A stretch of DNA of 64,000 nucleotides, from NCBI GenBank assembly GCA_943704425.1, contig CALSCP010001656.1, positions 62,001 to 126,000 on the forward strand. The letters are read 5' to 3'. This DNA is from Ministeria vibrans ATCC 50519 (Eukaryota; Protista; Filasterea). Under the pieces are notes generated by a model, which worked only from the letters and a program-made list of their open reading frames with translations, was not told the DNA's origin and searched no databases. A program made the translations under genes and the position numbers. This document shows positions 36,547 to 50,540 of this stretch, piece by piece (position 1 is the first letter of the stretch; the number at the start of each line of letters is the position of its first letter).

Positions 36547-39500
36547 TTATGCAAGACCAGCCTGCTGCATGGCACTCATCAATGCATTCCGTTGGTCAGC
36601 AGACAGACTCTGCCAACATGAGTTCTTGAGCTCTTCTGGAACTGTCTGATTGATCTACGCACAAAACACAAATGAATACACATCTGCACACACTCTCGTT
36701 CTGAGAGCCTCACCTGCGCAATGGCACGCACAATGCGCGAGTTGAGCTCGTGGTCAACCTGCACGACGCTCATGGTGATGGCAAAAACCTCGACAATGCG
36801 CGGAAGTGCTTGGTTGATGTCGCCAAAGTAGCCAATCTGACCACTCTCGAGCAGCTCGCACAGATAGCCCAGTACAAATTGCATTTCGCCACGATCGCTG
36901 ACCACAGGCAACCAGGAGAGAAGAGCAGGTAAAAGGGACGGCAGTGCATCGGGTGCGACGCTACACTTGCAAATCTTGGCAACGGCCGAAATAGCATTTT
37001 CCGTAGCCATAAGCGATTCGGGAGAGCGCGCATTGGGCGCCTGGATAATGGCGCGGAGCGTGTCAAGGGTACGCGAACAGGGCTCGGCGTAGGCAGGGCC
37101 ACCAAAGAGAGCACAACAGCCAATGCCAAAGGCCGCCGCCTGTCGCACCTCGTCGTTCTCGTCCGTGAGGTAGCTGCTCATGGCCGGGAAGAAGCAGTCA
37201 GCGTACTGGGCTGACGCAGGGCCTGTGTACTCGACAAAGTCATCGAACATGCACAGTCCCCACTGATGGTCGGTGACGGGCCGGTCGGGCTCAAGCATGG
37301 CAGTCACGGTGGGCATGAGCGCCAGAAAAACGTTCATGAGTCCTTCTCCGTGTGTGCGGAACAGCTCGTGCAGCGTGTCCGTGAGCTCACGCAATAGCTT
37401 GTCATCTTGAATGTCAAACTCGATCAGCTCCTCCTCCAACTCCTCGTCATAGTCCTCGTCCTGACGGTTGTGCAATCGCTCCGCATTGCGCTCAAACACC
37501 TTCTCCAGCTGCGACTTGATTGCCGCCACCAGCGGCTCCTGTGCCTCCTCCGGCAGACAGTTGTCTCCGCACACCTTGACGCACGTCTTGAACGACTGCA
37601 CGAACTTTTGTAACACGGCCGAGTCAGGCTCAATCGACATAACCTATCAAAAAAGAACAGTGTAAGAAATACGCAAGAAAGGGGAAGAAAAAAAAAAAAA
37701 AGAAGAGGTATGAGGTATGTTGATGGGTACCTCCAAGAGACCGGTGCAGGAGTGGTTCCAGACATTCTTGGCAAGTGCAAGCCAGCCATCGGCATCTGCT
37801 CCGCCTGCTCGGTGGTTCTGCATGGCAGCTAAACACACATGAAGAAGGATAGACGCTTGAGCGTTAAAAAGGATGCAAAACAAGTGGCAAGTCAAAAGAC
37901 AGGAAAGACGTACAGTCAATGAGGAAGGGAAGAGCGTCGGCAGCTGCTGTGCGCACTTCGTCGTGAAAAAAGAATTTGAGAAGTGGGACCATTATTTCAG
38001 CAACCTACACACATACAATTTCATCAAAACATAGTGACTCTGCGAAAGGGGCAATTGGACGTACGTCGGCAACGTGGTTGCCAAAGTGAATGCCCAAGTC
38101 GCGCGCATAGCAAACAAGCATTTCGCAAGCCATGCACTTCTCGTCAATCATGGTTGTTCGAATACCAACACGCTGGTCGTCCACCTAACGTAAAAGGAAG
38201 GAGAAAAATTACACGCCGAGGCAGCTACCGTTCGTTTCCGTACTCGAACAAACTCCCAGCCATCCTCTTCGGGATACTGGTCCTGTTGGTCTCGCTCGTC
38301 GAGGTCAAGGAACGCCATATCGGGCGTGGTCTGCGCAAGCTGCAGAAGCGGGGGCATCACAGTCGACAGGTACGGCACAAACTCCGCCTTGAGCACCTTG
38401 CAGATGCGCGTAATGGCACCAAAGATGAAGGTCATTTCAGCGTCGTCCGTTTGTCCGCGCACTCCGCCATGCTACACACAAGTGACATACACAAATAAAT
38501 AAAAATAAAGAGAAAGAAAGGACGAAAGTGATAGAGAGAGAGAGAGAGAGAGGAGGGAGAAAGAAACAAAGTGATAGAGAGAGAGGAGAAATAAAGTGAT
38601 GGAATGTATCGATACCGACGCAATGAGATCCATGACGTGACGCGCGTCTGCGGCAAATTTTTCATGACCCACTGCAACACCAATGAGCGAAATGCACTCC
38701 ATAGCCTTGTCGCGCAGCAAGCTGGCAGCTGGGTCGCTCACAGACTGCTCCAGAATCGATCGCAGGTCCGGCATAAACACGTCGTAGTAGTTGATAAACT
38801 TTTCTTGAGCGCTATCGATAAAAGCCGAAAAAAAGTAGAAAAAAACAATGAAGAAAAGAATCAGTGGCATTGAAAAAAAAAAAAGACGAAACGGACCTGT
38901 CAGCGACTGTAGCAATAGTGGTGAGAGCCTGCTGCATGAGCAAGCGCCTGTTGAGACGACCACCGTCAATGAGCATCTCGTGAAGTGCGCGCAGAATGTC
39001 GTCAATGTACGGCTCGAGACGGTCCTTGGAGGCATTTTCGCAGAAGTTGACCATGGCAGCGCCGGCGTGGATGCGCACTCGGATGCAGTCCGCATCACGC
39101 ATGGCCAACAACAGTCCCCCAATAGACTCGGCGTGGAAGGTTTCTTGGAAGCCAGGTGCGAAGTCGTAGGCGAGCTGGCCAACTGCGTTACAGGCAGCAT
39201 AGCGCACGCGAGGATGCGGGTCGTTGAGCAGAGGCAACACCTAAAAGTAACGCAGTTGGATAGAGGAATTAAAAAAAAAACGGAGTGTGACTGTAATTAC
39301 CGTGTGCATAATGGCGGGGAGAACAGCCTCCATCTGAACGGCGGCTCCCTCAGCAATGGCCGAGACGCAGAAAAGTGCTGCGTGGCGCAACTGCCACTGT
39401 TCGCTTGTGAACAGACTGCCTAGGAATGCCTCACAGATGGGGTACACTTGCTTGCCGCCAATGGCACACGCAACGCGATCAATCGCCTGCTCGCCCTGCA

Positions 39501-40635
39501 ACGACACTCTGCAAAAAAAAAAAACACACACACAAACATGAGTTGTTGAATAAAGATATTTTAGTCCGTTCGATGCTCTGCACCATTCACACGTACGATT
39601 CTTCGTCCTTTTCGGAGGAGTCGATATTGTACCACTCAGGTTCGTCTTCCAACTCACACATAAGATTGACAAAGGCAGGGACAGAGCGCACGGCAAACTC
39701 GGGTTGCTTGCGCAGCATGGGCGATGCTTTCTCCGCGAGCGCCACCAGCACCTCACAAGCACTCTTGCGCACACTCTCCTCCACATCGGTGCTGTAACAA
39801 AACAAACCAAACCAAGGGAATTAATTACGCAAAGAGAGGTGAAAGAAGGCGAAGAGGAAGGAGAGGGAAAGAAACAAAAGTGAGAGGACAAAAAACACGC
39901 AAAAAGACGTGAGATTAAAATAAAATAGCAATTATATAGGGGGTAGAAAGGCGCATTCGGTGGGTCATACCTGTTGCCCATGAGCTGGAGCATAGTATCG
40001 AGCATATTGGGGACGAGGTTGCGAAAGAGACGTGCGTGTTTGTCCACCAGCTCAATGAGCTCCTCAAGAGCATCGCGCGCAAGATCCTCATCGCCCGACG
40101 AAACACAGTCCAAAATCACCTAAGAATCAAAGATGATGCATAAGAGGAAAGGCATAATGTAAACACTGCATAGGACAAAACATTTATAAGTGTACGGAGA
40201 AGATGGCCGGCATGAGGTTGAAGAAGTGTGCGCGGTTGTGCGTGAGGGTCGAAATGAAGCCCATGGTGGCCTTGGCGCCGACATTGCGAACCTACGGAGA
40301 CAAGGCAACAAGGGAGAATCAGTACACAAGGCGAAGAGACATAATAAGTTGAAATAGGTCGTACAGAGAGAGGTTGGGTGTTGGCGAGGGCACCAGCAAA
40401 GATTTGGTAGACACTTTCGAGGTGCGCCTCGACTTGTTTGAGGAGGACGGCAGGTGCGGAGGCAAAGAGCTGCAGAGCCACCTCAAACATGTTGGTTGCC
40501 TGCACATTGCCTGTAGTTGTCATTGCCTGCTGGCACGTCGTAAACATGAACTGAAGCAGATCGGGCCAGTTCAGTTCGGGCGTCTGCTGGCGGTCACGGT
40601 CGATCACTGTCATTTTTGAACAAACACACACACAC

Positions 40636-40679
<44 letters not shown>

Positions 40680-41311
40680 CATGATCAGTTAGTAGATTGT
40701 GGGAGAGGGAGTCGGGTTGCGCGTACTTGATTGAAGGCTCATCAGTTCGGAGATGACGTGCACAACCTTTCTTCGGACACTGTGCTCCACTTCCTCCTGC
40801 AAATGGGCCAGCAACTCCGACTTGACAACGCTCTGCGATGAACCAGAGTTAAGAGTGCGTTGAAGTGTGTAAAATGACACAATAAGTGTGACCATACCAC
40901 CATTCCGGGATCAAGTTGAGCGAGGAACATGCGTTGGATGGTGGACGGGGCGGCAACGCCTTCTTGAGCATCGAGAACATGCGCCAACATGCGACGGAAC
41001 AACACGGCGGCCAGTTCGCGCACCTAGACAGGGAGAGAGCCAAAGAAAGCCCACAGGAAGGGGAGTGTGAATGAGTACAGACGCTCTCCCGAGGAGCACA
41101 GGGCGCGTACAGGAACGTGGGCGGAATGGCGCAGACAGCGGATCATGACGGGCGTTGCCAGGCTGGGTTGCTCGCGGATCCCCTTGAGCCGCTCTTCCGC
41201 TGCATTTCGAGTCTACATACGATCATTAAAGGCGTCGTCAGAGTCACAAATGTCGTTGCTGCGTTGCCCTGGATGGCTGCATAGGGCTCGCAGAGCGTAA
41301 AACAGGAGTGC

Positions 41312-41346
<35 letters not shown>

Positions 41347-41787
41347 GAATTGCTGTTGCGACATGTTTCGGTTGAAGAGTCGAGTGGAGTGAAACACTGC
41401 AGCACATCGCGTATTGTTGGTGTCAGGTGAAGTGCTGCGGGCCAAAAGACGGTGGGAAGGGGACGGGGAAGGGTGTTTTGGATGGGATGGCGACCACGGC
41501 AAGGCATTTCGACTGTATTTGAAACGGACACATGGGCGCGACTTGCCGACGACGATGCGGGTTGGGCTTGGAGCATGGGCATGTGCAGTAGACACACAGG
41601 GCAGGGGCGGGGCGGCACACGCCGGTTCGGGCTGTGGGGCGCGTGAGGGGCGATGGGGACAGTGACGATGCCAAACGAGCACTGTCCAGCGCCAAATCAT
41701 GCGCGTGCTTACGGCGTCGTCGCTCTGCTGCAATGCAATGAGAATTCCCTCCAGCTCTGCTTGGTCAACTTGGGTAGGAGCAGCCAT
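36547..41787 (-). CDS. IPO5: Importin-5 / karyopherin beta-3 (Pse1/Kap121)
   Basis: [97 protein letters not shown]; many introns. Confidence 0.95.
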
Positions 41788-41910
41788 ACTAAGGAACACT
41801 TTGAATTTTTGAATAAATTGAGTGAAAACGATGTCTTCGCATATTATTTTGTCACAGACTCACAGTCGATTGAGAATTTGGATATTAATTTATTTGAGTA
41901 CATTTCGACC

Positions 41911-44778
41911 ATGGATGAATCTGGGGACCTTGTTGAAACGCCACCAGCGGCAGGTGGCTTTGCGACGGGCGCATTGGTACTCAGCGCTTCTGCTCCTGTC
42001 ACTCAGCCCATTCCTCTCCTGACTGTCCCCGCGCCCATCGACCGCCATCTTCTATATATACATCCTTGTCTCTTTGCCAACCCTCCCCGCGTGCTGCTTT
42101 GAGAAGCCTTTCTCACTCGGTTTTTCACCATTCCCTTTTTTTTTTTTTTTTTTTTGGTGAATCTGTCGCAGGCGTCCAATCCGCCTGCAGATCCCCCTAC
42201 AACAGCACCCGTAGGCAGCAGCACTACAGATGAAATGGCGGAAGGCGCAACGAAGGCAGAAGAGGGCGAGGACGAGGCGGGAGCGTCGGTTGAGAGTGGT
42301 GAGGCAACATCGACAAAAGCCAATGTTGTCTCTGCGACGACTGCCAGCAGTGCAGTCGCCAGCGCTTCAGCACCAGAGGACGAGAATGCTTTACAGACCG
42401 ACTGTGGAGCGGAGCGTGCGGCAGACGGGAGCGGCGAGGCTGTCAACACCAAGCCGAGTTCAGCGGGTCCAGCCGAGTCCTCCGCATCCGCTACGTCGTC
42501 GACTACGGGCGCCGCCGCGGGAGGAGGAGGCAATGGCGGCACAGCCGTGTCTATTGCTACGTCGACAGCGGCGGCACTCTCGGCAATGAATGGAGGGGTG
42601 GCGGGGGCGTCGTCGTTTCCGTCGCCTCCCCCGCGCGCTCCTTCACGTTCCGCAACGGTTCGCTCACCAGGCGACGTGCATGCCAACGCACGACCGGGTA
42701 TTCTTCGACGGCAGTCGGCAGATGGGTCTGCGCCGGGCTCGCCTCGTCGCACACCGTCGTTGCCGGCCATTTACGGCAGTGACGATGACAGTGGGGGCGG
42801 CGGGGGGCCTGTGGCCTTGTTCAATCCGTCGCAACACAGTGCACTTGCGACGGCCGCGGCCAACGCGTCGGGAGTGCCCACTTCGCCACTTAATGGCGTA
42901 ACGAGTCCACGCAAGAAGCCTCGCAAGCAGGCCATGGTAACGATGGAAGATGAGTATGCTGCAGTGCCAACTGCTGATGGCGGTGTGAGCGGGCAGACGC
43001 GCAACCTTTCCTCGTCGGCAAATTCCAGCGCTGCGGCCGGTGCGTTGTCGATGTTGTCTTCGTCAAAACGTAGCGGCGGAGGCGGAGCATTGCGACGGAA
43101 ACGTCGGACAGACGAGGAAGAGGAGGGTGAGGAGGAGGGGGATGATGCAGACGAGGATGGTGATGAGGACGAGGGTGACGGAAAGGGACGGGAGAGCAAA
43201 CGACGTCGTATGGGAACGGGAGCGAGTGGTGGTGGCGCAGATGAAGAGGGAGGGAATGGAGGGGGTGAAGAGGAGCGATCACGACGGTCGCGACGGAGAA
43301 GACGGCCGAGAGTGCGCACTGACGACGGGTATGGCGAAGAGGAAGGGGATGGAGGTGACGAAGACGGACGACCTTCGGTTGCAGTGTCTGCATCGGGACG
43401 TGGTGGAAGGGTTACGCGTGGACAACAGAGCACTCTAAAGGCGCCGCCTCAACAACAGAGTCAACTGCGCCAACAGCAATTTATTCCAGACCCACAACAA
43501 CAACAACAACAACAGCAGCATACGCAACAGCAACAGCAACAACAACAACATCATCATCATCAGCAGCAGCAGCAGCTGCAGTCTTTACAGCAGCCTACGC
43601 CGCCCATTTCTAGCGCGCGCTACTACGATGATGCGATGCAGGGTGTGTCCGACGTGTCGTCGTTCCCCGGGACATCGGCAGCAGCGCATGCGCACATGGG
43701 CATGCAGATGCCACAGACGTCCCCACACCAGCAACCGCCGCCGCAGTCCATTACGCCTGTCACCGGTCCATCCGGGCATGTTGAAGGCTTCCTTCGCTCG
43801 CCCTTGCCCCAACGCCCGCCATCCATCTTTAATGGCCTCCCGCCCCACTTCTGGGCCGCCCACCCGCCCCTGCCGCCGCCTTCCTTGCGTCGCTATCCTG
43901 TCTTCCCCGACGACTATCCCGAACCCACTCTGACGGCCATGGCTCACTATGCCACTCCCGAACAGGCGCCCTCGCACGTGGAAAAGTCTCTCGACGAGGT
44001 CAGTGCTTTTCTCGTGTGTCATAAAAATTAATGGTGTTGATCTTATTTTTTTTTTGTATCGTTTTGTGTGGATTGCTTAGGTGATAGCTACACCACGAAT
44101 TGAAGAGATTGTGACGGGCAATGGAGTGTTGCGCGCAATGGCACAGTTTCCGCTGGTGCGCGAGTCCGAAGAGGAAGTCCTTCGGGTACAATTGTGTGTG
44201 AGAGCGTGAGTTGAGTTGATTGCTGAATGTTGTTATGGTTCTGTAGACACTAAAGGCAGCATGTGAGCGACTGGGTGACACTCTGGACGCAACCAATGAA
44301 GAGGAAGCTGCGCTGTTGGCCAAGGCACAGGTAACGTCAGAAGGGGGAAGGAAACAAAGAAAGAAAGTGGTGAGGAACAAGCTGATACCTCTTGTCGGTT
44401 TCTGCGTAGGAGAGTGTGCGCAAGTCGGAGGCGACGCTAGCCAAGATGAAGGAAGCAAACGACCGAATGTTCCAAATGCTCGTTGAGTATCAGCCTCGGT
44501 AAGAGAGGAGGGAGAAACAAAGTGATAGAGCGAGAGGAAAGGAATCAAGTGATATATAGAGTGACGCGCTGTGGGAACGACTGCTTCTGACTTATGTATG
44601 TATGTATGTGTCTCTCTCTCTCTGTGTGTGTGTGTGTAGAGCGGATTTGATACTGCGACGGTACCAGAACAAGCACGGACGCGACCCAACTGAGTACGGG
44701 ATGGTTTCGCCTTGGGGCACGCGTAGGGCTCCCTTGTCGGGTCGCTCTGCCCCTCCGCCCTTCTACACCCCCAGATGA
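41911..44778 (+). CDS. SAP130: SAP130-like (Sin3A/HDAC complex subunit) low-complexity protein
   Basis: SPRKKPRKQ motif, RPPSIF, and C-terminal helix QESVRKSEATLAKMKEANDRMFQML resembling SAP130_C; acidic/basic and poly-Q/H tracts. Confidence 0.55.
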
Positions 44779-44900
44779 TCAATTCGCAAAGAAAATCAGC
44801 GTGTGTGAGAGAGTGAGTGTGCGTGTGTGCGAGAGTATTAAAATAATAGTACAGAAAAATATATAAATATTATTCATTATGATTACTACTATTCTATGTG

Positions 44901-45664
44901 TCAAATCACAGTCTCGTTGAGCGAACTGTCTTCGCTCTCAACACTGTCGTTGTCGTCGTCCCGCTCAAAAAGTTCAACTCCCTCAGCAACGCGTACAGGA
45001 GACCGTGCCTCACGACTAGACATGAGCTCGGCCTTTGAAGTTCCATCCGTTGCCGTCTGCTCTAACTCTTCTCGCTTGGCGTGTCCTTCTGCGTCTTCCA
45101 CAGATAGTCCTCCTGCTACCGCCCGCTCAATGCGTGTAGCCTCGAGGGGCTCTTCCTCAACTCGTCGATCGTGAAATTCGTCCAGCTGCGTCACAATCAC
45201 AGGGCTCTTGGCGCGTTCTGTGTGCCTATCTTTCTCCTCCTCAGACTCGGTCTCGTCGTCAAATGTGAAATGCCGTCGCACCGAGTCCATCTGTTCGCCG
45301 TCGCTGACCGGCTCTTCGTCGCTGCTGTCCGAAAAGTAGACGTTCGCAGTGACCGGCGAGACAACAGCATGGGGAGTGCTAGTAGCTCGCGCTGCGCCCC
45401 GTTCCTGTTGATCCATCGAAAGTGCGACAGTTGTTGTTTTGAGCTGGGGGCTCTTGGCAAAGGGGGAGCCGCTGTGTGATCCTTTTACGAGTGACTTCAT
45501 ACTACGGGCGCCTGAGCCCCGCCCCGACGACGACGCACGAGAATGTGAAGGTGCCTGCTGAATGGCAATTGACTCGAGGGTCGGTGTTGGTGGTGTGACG
45601 CTCACTGTCGACTCGGTATTGCCACCCGACCAAATGTGACGGGGTGACAAAGCAACATCAGAAT

Positions 45665-45695
<31 letters not shown>

Positions 45696-46157
45696 CCGTT
45701 GCTGCTTGACGGCCTGTCGTTCGCTCATGAGCTTCCAAGGGAGCTTACCAACTCCACGGCGCTTGCGCTGTTCTTCATCCAAGCGTCGCTGTGCCTCTTG
45801 TCGCTCAGCGAGTGCCTGATCGAACTGCCGCACCCGCTCACGAGCTATTTCAAGGCGCACAAGACGACGAACACGCATGATAGCCAATGCAAAGCGATCG
45901 CGAGCAACCTGCTGACGACGACTCGCCTGGAGCGCACGACGGGCTGCGTCACGGAAGGCAATTCGCACGGCATTAGGAGGCGGTAATGATGACGACGCAG
46001 GAGATGTGTCCGAAGCCGATGTGCCCGCTCCACTCCCCTCGCCCGTTCCCTTTAGTGTGTTTACCACACCAAAAATGTCCTGCACGCGCGTCGGCACAAC
46101 CACTACACACAAAAAGTTAAAAAAAATAATAATAAACGTATTATTATTATTATTATA

Positions 46158-46208
<51 letters not shown>

Positions 46209-46346
46209 TAAAAATGAGTCGTGTAAAAGTACGTTCGGATGGTTCGCCAACGGATAGATCAAGGGACTTTTTGTCTTTGCGACGAAATCGTTTAAAGGCT
46301 CGATTGAGAACGGAGCGTGTTCGTCGTTCACTGTGGAGTAGAAGCG

Positions 46347-46379
<33 letters not shown>

Positions 46380-47150
46380 AAAAAAAAAATACGAGATGAT
46401 AAGAAGAAGTGCGAGAGAAGTGAGTGATCATAAGGGTACTCTTGAATGTCGCATGATGCCTTCATGAGAGCGTCTTCGTAGCTGCACAGACAAAATAAGA
46501 CAGCGTGAGTAAGGAGAGGCGAGAGCGTTGCAGCGGACGGTACCGAGTGTAGCGGATGACTGCGTCGAGGGTGAGCAGCCATGCTTCCGCATCGTCGGCA
46601 TCCTGTGCCGCAAAGTACAAGTTGGACGAATGAAAAGCGATGTGGATGACATGCCGCGCACCAAGGAGCTAAAGTAACCAAAACGAGAGTAAGTGGAAAG
46701 GTGACCAAATGGAACAAATTTGAATATTGCAATGTGAACGTACCTCATCAAACCAGCTGAGTCGAACGCAGTTGCGCAGATCGTAAATAGACTCTAAGTC
46801 TCGCTCGGTGGCTAAACGCAACAAAATAATCATAATCATGAGTTGACTTGAGACGTTGTGTTATTAACATGATAATATATGTAATGTGTGTGTGTTCGTA
46901 TATAGTATGTATATGAGTCACGACTTACAGTCACGGTAGTTAAAAAGCAGTCCAACGGAGGTCATTCGCTGTCGGCCGGCGGGAAACGAAGCGACTGGCG
47001 TGCGGTAGAAGTCGTTGACGAGTGCACTGTGAAAAGGAGATGCGCAATTGGACTAACCTGCGCATCATACGGCGTGTGCTTACCGTGGGGTGAGGTCACT
47101 TTGAAGGACCACCCAGCGTTGACGCCACTGCGAGGAGCGAGGCGCGAGAG

Positions 47151-47194
<44 letters not shown>

Positions 47195-47285
47195 GTCTGT
47201 GAGTGTGTTTTCAACATGGGCAATTGGAGACCTTTCGGCCGTTTGACGATCTTCTTCGCAAGATCTGCCTCAGATCAATGTCCAT
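44901..47285 (-). CDS. Uncharacterised multi-exon protein with PH-like N-terminus, coiled coil and acidic disordered tail
   Basis: MDIDLRQILRRRSSNGRK|WRQRWVVL resembles PH beta1-beta2; long last exon 44901 to about 46081; start and internal exons uncertain. Confidence 0.6.
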
Positions 47286-47628
47286 AGTGGTGCCTGCAAA
47301 GAAGTTGCGGCGTCTCTAAAGAGCGGAGACGCCAGGCACGGGCTGCTTAGGGCTGGCTTGGTGGCCACTCGAACGGAGACAGAGTGTTACGACGATTGCT
47401 CGAGAAACAGACCAAGGCAACGAGACGATTGGCGAGGCCTGCAAGGAAGGGGCGAAGGCGATCGAGAGGAAAGAGTGATAGTTAGACAGTGAGGCGTGAT
47501 CACTTCAAGATCGAGTGTGTGTTTACCTTCCCAACTCGTATTTGAAATTTTTGATCTTCCACTGAGTCACCAGTGTTTTTTTTTATCTATAGACTGATAG
47601 AGAACCGGCACACACTCGCTCAGACACG

Positions 47629-48038
47629 ATGGTAGTGGCGCAGTGTCGGCGCAAAACCGCGTCAAACTAACCATTTTCCGCTTTTTGTGTCTGTCGTCTT
47701 TTCAGGGACAAACGGAGAGTATTTTACGGGACCCAGCCATGGTCCAGCAACTACAGACAGCGACAAACTGTACGTATTGTGCCAATAGCGTTTGAAAGGG
47801 GCTTTTCGTGTTCTATTTTTCGAATATTGTGAACTTTTTTCGTTGAATGCGCTCGTTTTTCATTTTGGCGCTGCTGCCGTGCCCAGCGTCGCCGCGGTGT
47901 GTTGTGCTTTAACTGCACACCCACACGACGTGGTGGCGCTCGCCCTGGACTCTTCACCTTTCCCTTTCCCTTTTCTTTCTTTTTTTATAATAATATTATC
48001 CGTTCGTTTCGTCTCTCTTCGCGTTTCCTCTCTCTCTC

Positions 48039-48073
<35 letters not shown>

Positions 48074-48676
48074 CACTATGCGCCTTGCGTGCGTTGCAGT
48101 CTCCGAGGACGAAATCAAGCGACTTGCGCTGCGCTTCAAGAAGCTGGACAAGGACGGGAGCGGAGCACTGTCGCCCGACGAGTTTCTGTCGTTGCCGGAA
48201 CTGCAGCAGAATCCGCTTGTGAGCAGAGTAATTGCCACGTTTGACAAGGACGGCGGAGGCGACGTGGACTTCCAGGAGTTCATCCAGGGTCTCAGTGTGT
48301 TTAGTTCCAAGGGCGACAAGCTAGCCAAGCTCAAGTGTAGGACTGGGCAAGGCGCTCCTGCCGCTGTGCAACTGATTGCTTTTGTGTAGTTGCCTTTGAG
48401 GTGTACGACATTGACCGGGACGGGTGCATTAGCAACGCGGAGCTGTTTCAGGTGCTGAAGATGATGGTAGGCACCAACCTGAAGGACTCGCAGCTGCAGC
48501 AGATTGTGGACAAGACCATTCTGTACAACGATCAGGATGGCGATGGCAAGATTACCTTTGAGGAGTTTTGCGCGGTACGCTGTACTATTAGTGGCAGTAT
48601 ACTTGTAACTTACTTTTCCCATATGTAGGTTGTTGGCGAGTCGAGTGTTGCCGAGAAGATGGTTGTCAAAGTCTAA
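47629..48676 (+). CDS. CNB1: Calcineurin B regulatory subunit
   Basis: First coding exon is the ATG alone, then GQTES (Gly2, myristoylation-compatible); [27 protein letters not shown], four EF-hands, [28 protein letters not shown]. Confidence 0.97.
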
Positions 48677-49022
48677 AAAGAGTAAACTACAATAATTTTT
48701 GAGCAGGGCGATGATTGAAATTGAAAATTGAAAGACAAAACTTTTGGGTTCACATGCGACGAAGCAAAGAGACACCAGTGTCAAGAGCGTTATATGCCAC
48801 AGGCCGAACACACATGCCTGGAAGTGTTGGGAGGGGTAGGACAACACTTACGTCTCGACTACAGCGAAAGGCAACACATCTCTAAAATACTGAACAATCA
48901 AGTGAATAAACACCCACCAACACACTATATATCAATGAAGTGCAAACTAATTCAAGTAAAAAGAGCTAACTAAAAAAGAAAAATTAATAGAAGAAGAAGA
49001 CATTAATTAATAAGAAACATTA

Positions 49023-49121
49023 ATAGACGGTCATTTCAAGACAATAAACAAAACAAACACAATACTTCCGCCGTAGACTTGTACACAAAAATGTCCCAAA
49101 AGAAGCCCATAGACCCACTGA
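49023..49121. repeat. 99-bp direct repeat, copy 1
   Basis: Ungapped match to 53605-53703, 12 mismatches in 99 nt by hand count. Confidence 0.9.
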
Positions 49122-49779
49122 TACCAGATACACCCATGAGAGGAATGTAGGGAGACACCGGCAGACCCTATATACACGGCAGGAAAAATTAATAAAATAA
49201 TAAGAAGAAGAATAAGAATACAACATATAATAAGAATAAGAAGAAGAAGAAGAATACAACCCATTTATTAATAATAATAACAATAAGATTATTATTATTA
49301 TTATAAGTGTAATAATTTGATAATGATAGTTAAATTGGATTAAAAGTACTCAAAGAGAAGAGAATATTTGATGTTTGTTTGGAAGACTTGGTGTTTTCTG
49401 CACTCACACTGTACATTTTTGCTTCCTTCTCGCTCTGTCTCTCACATGGATAGTAATGCCCTTTTCCATTTCTTTTTTTTCTTTTCTTTCTCTCTCTATC
49501 GCAGGTATCACAGATTACTTTGTTTCTTTCTCCTCTACCATTCATTTGTTTCTGGCGGTCTGGCTGTGTCTTCGCGTGGTGACTGTATCATTAATAAATG
49601 GGTTGTATTCTTCTTCTTCATTTGTTTCTGAATTTTCTTTCTCCTCTATCACTTTCTTTTTCTCTCTCTCTCTATCACATTGTTTCTTTCTCCTCTCCCT
49701 CCCTTCTCTCTCTCTCTCTCTCTCCCTCTATCTGATATCTCTCTTCCTCTCTCAGTCTCTCTCTCTCTCTCTCTTAACC

Positions 49780-50540
49780 CTTTGCTCCTCCGACGGACCT
49801 CCGACAGCAACCCCACCAGTTCATCCCACCAAGCAAGGCGCCCTTGCCCCGATGTCCAGCCACCTTCTCCCGTCGAGTGCGCACCAGTACCACATTCGTA
49901 CCACAAGCAAAGTGACTAGAAGCAATGGCACGGCTTGTCATCATCATTGAGTGCATGTCTGAGCTTCGTCTGAGCCTGCCTGGCCAACCGCACTGGTGCT
50001 CGCATGGTTCTCGCCTACCAATTGCACCCGCACCTGCAATGTATCACTCACGGTTGAAAGCCACTCGTATCCTAGACTCGAGAGATCGGCAGTGCCATTT
50101 GCCGGCCTCTGCCGCAACAGCGTATTGAGTCGACCCAGAAGCTCGGCCGTAGCGACTATGGACACCGCGTGACATGGAAATGACAATGCTGATGGTGGGC
50201 GTGCGATCCGCCGCAACAGTCTCGATCAGTACCTCCACCCACACCGACTGGACCCCAAGGAGTCGCTCAAGCTCACCGGTTACTGCCAGCACACATTGGT
50301 CTTGCCGCTTGCGCACTTGCATGCTGCTCGAGACGACGGGCCAGCTTGACGTGCTTCACAGCAGCACTGTTGGTGCTCGTGTCAATCTTTGAGCACAAAC
50401 TGCCATTGCGACGCCGTTGCCTTCACATTGCCCGCTCGGTCCCGCACATTGACAACGCTCGTGGTTACAGTTGCACCCTCGAAAGTGTCTCAGGCAACCG
50501 CCGCCCCAAATTCAACGTGCAGCGAGTGTCCCGCTGACAC
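49780..50540 (+). pseudogene. Possible decayed protein-kinase relic
   Basis: Broken frames contain IESTQKLGRSDYGHRVTWK (subdomain I-like), NSLDQYLH...LAHLH (V-VIa-like) and RRPKF (XI-like); many stops and frameshifts; no HRD or DFG seen. Confidence 0.3.

Noticed and set aside
42003-43433. Long minus-strand ORFs (255 and 220 aa)
   Set aside because: Antisense to a GC-rich low-complexity exon.
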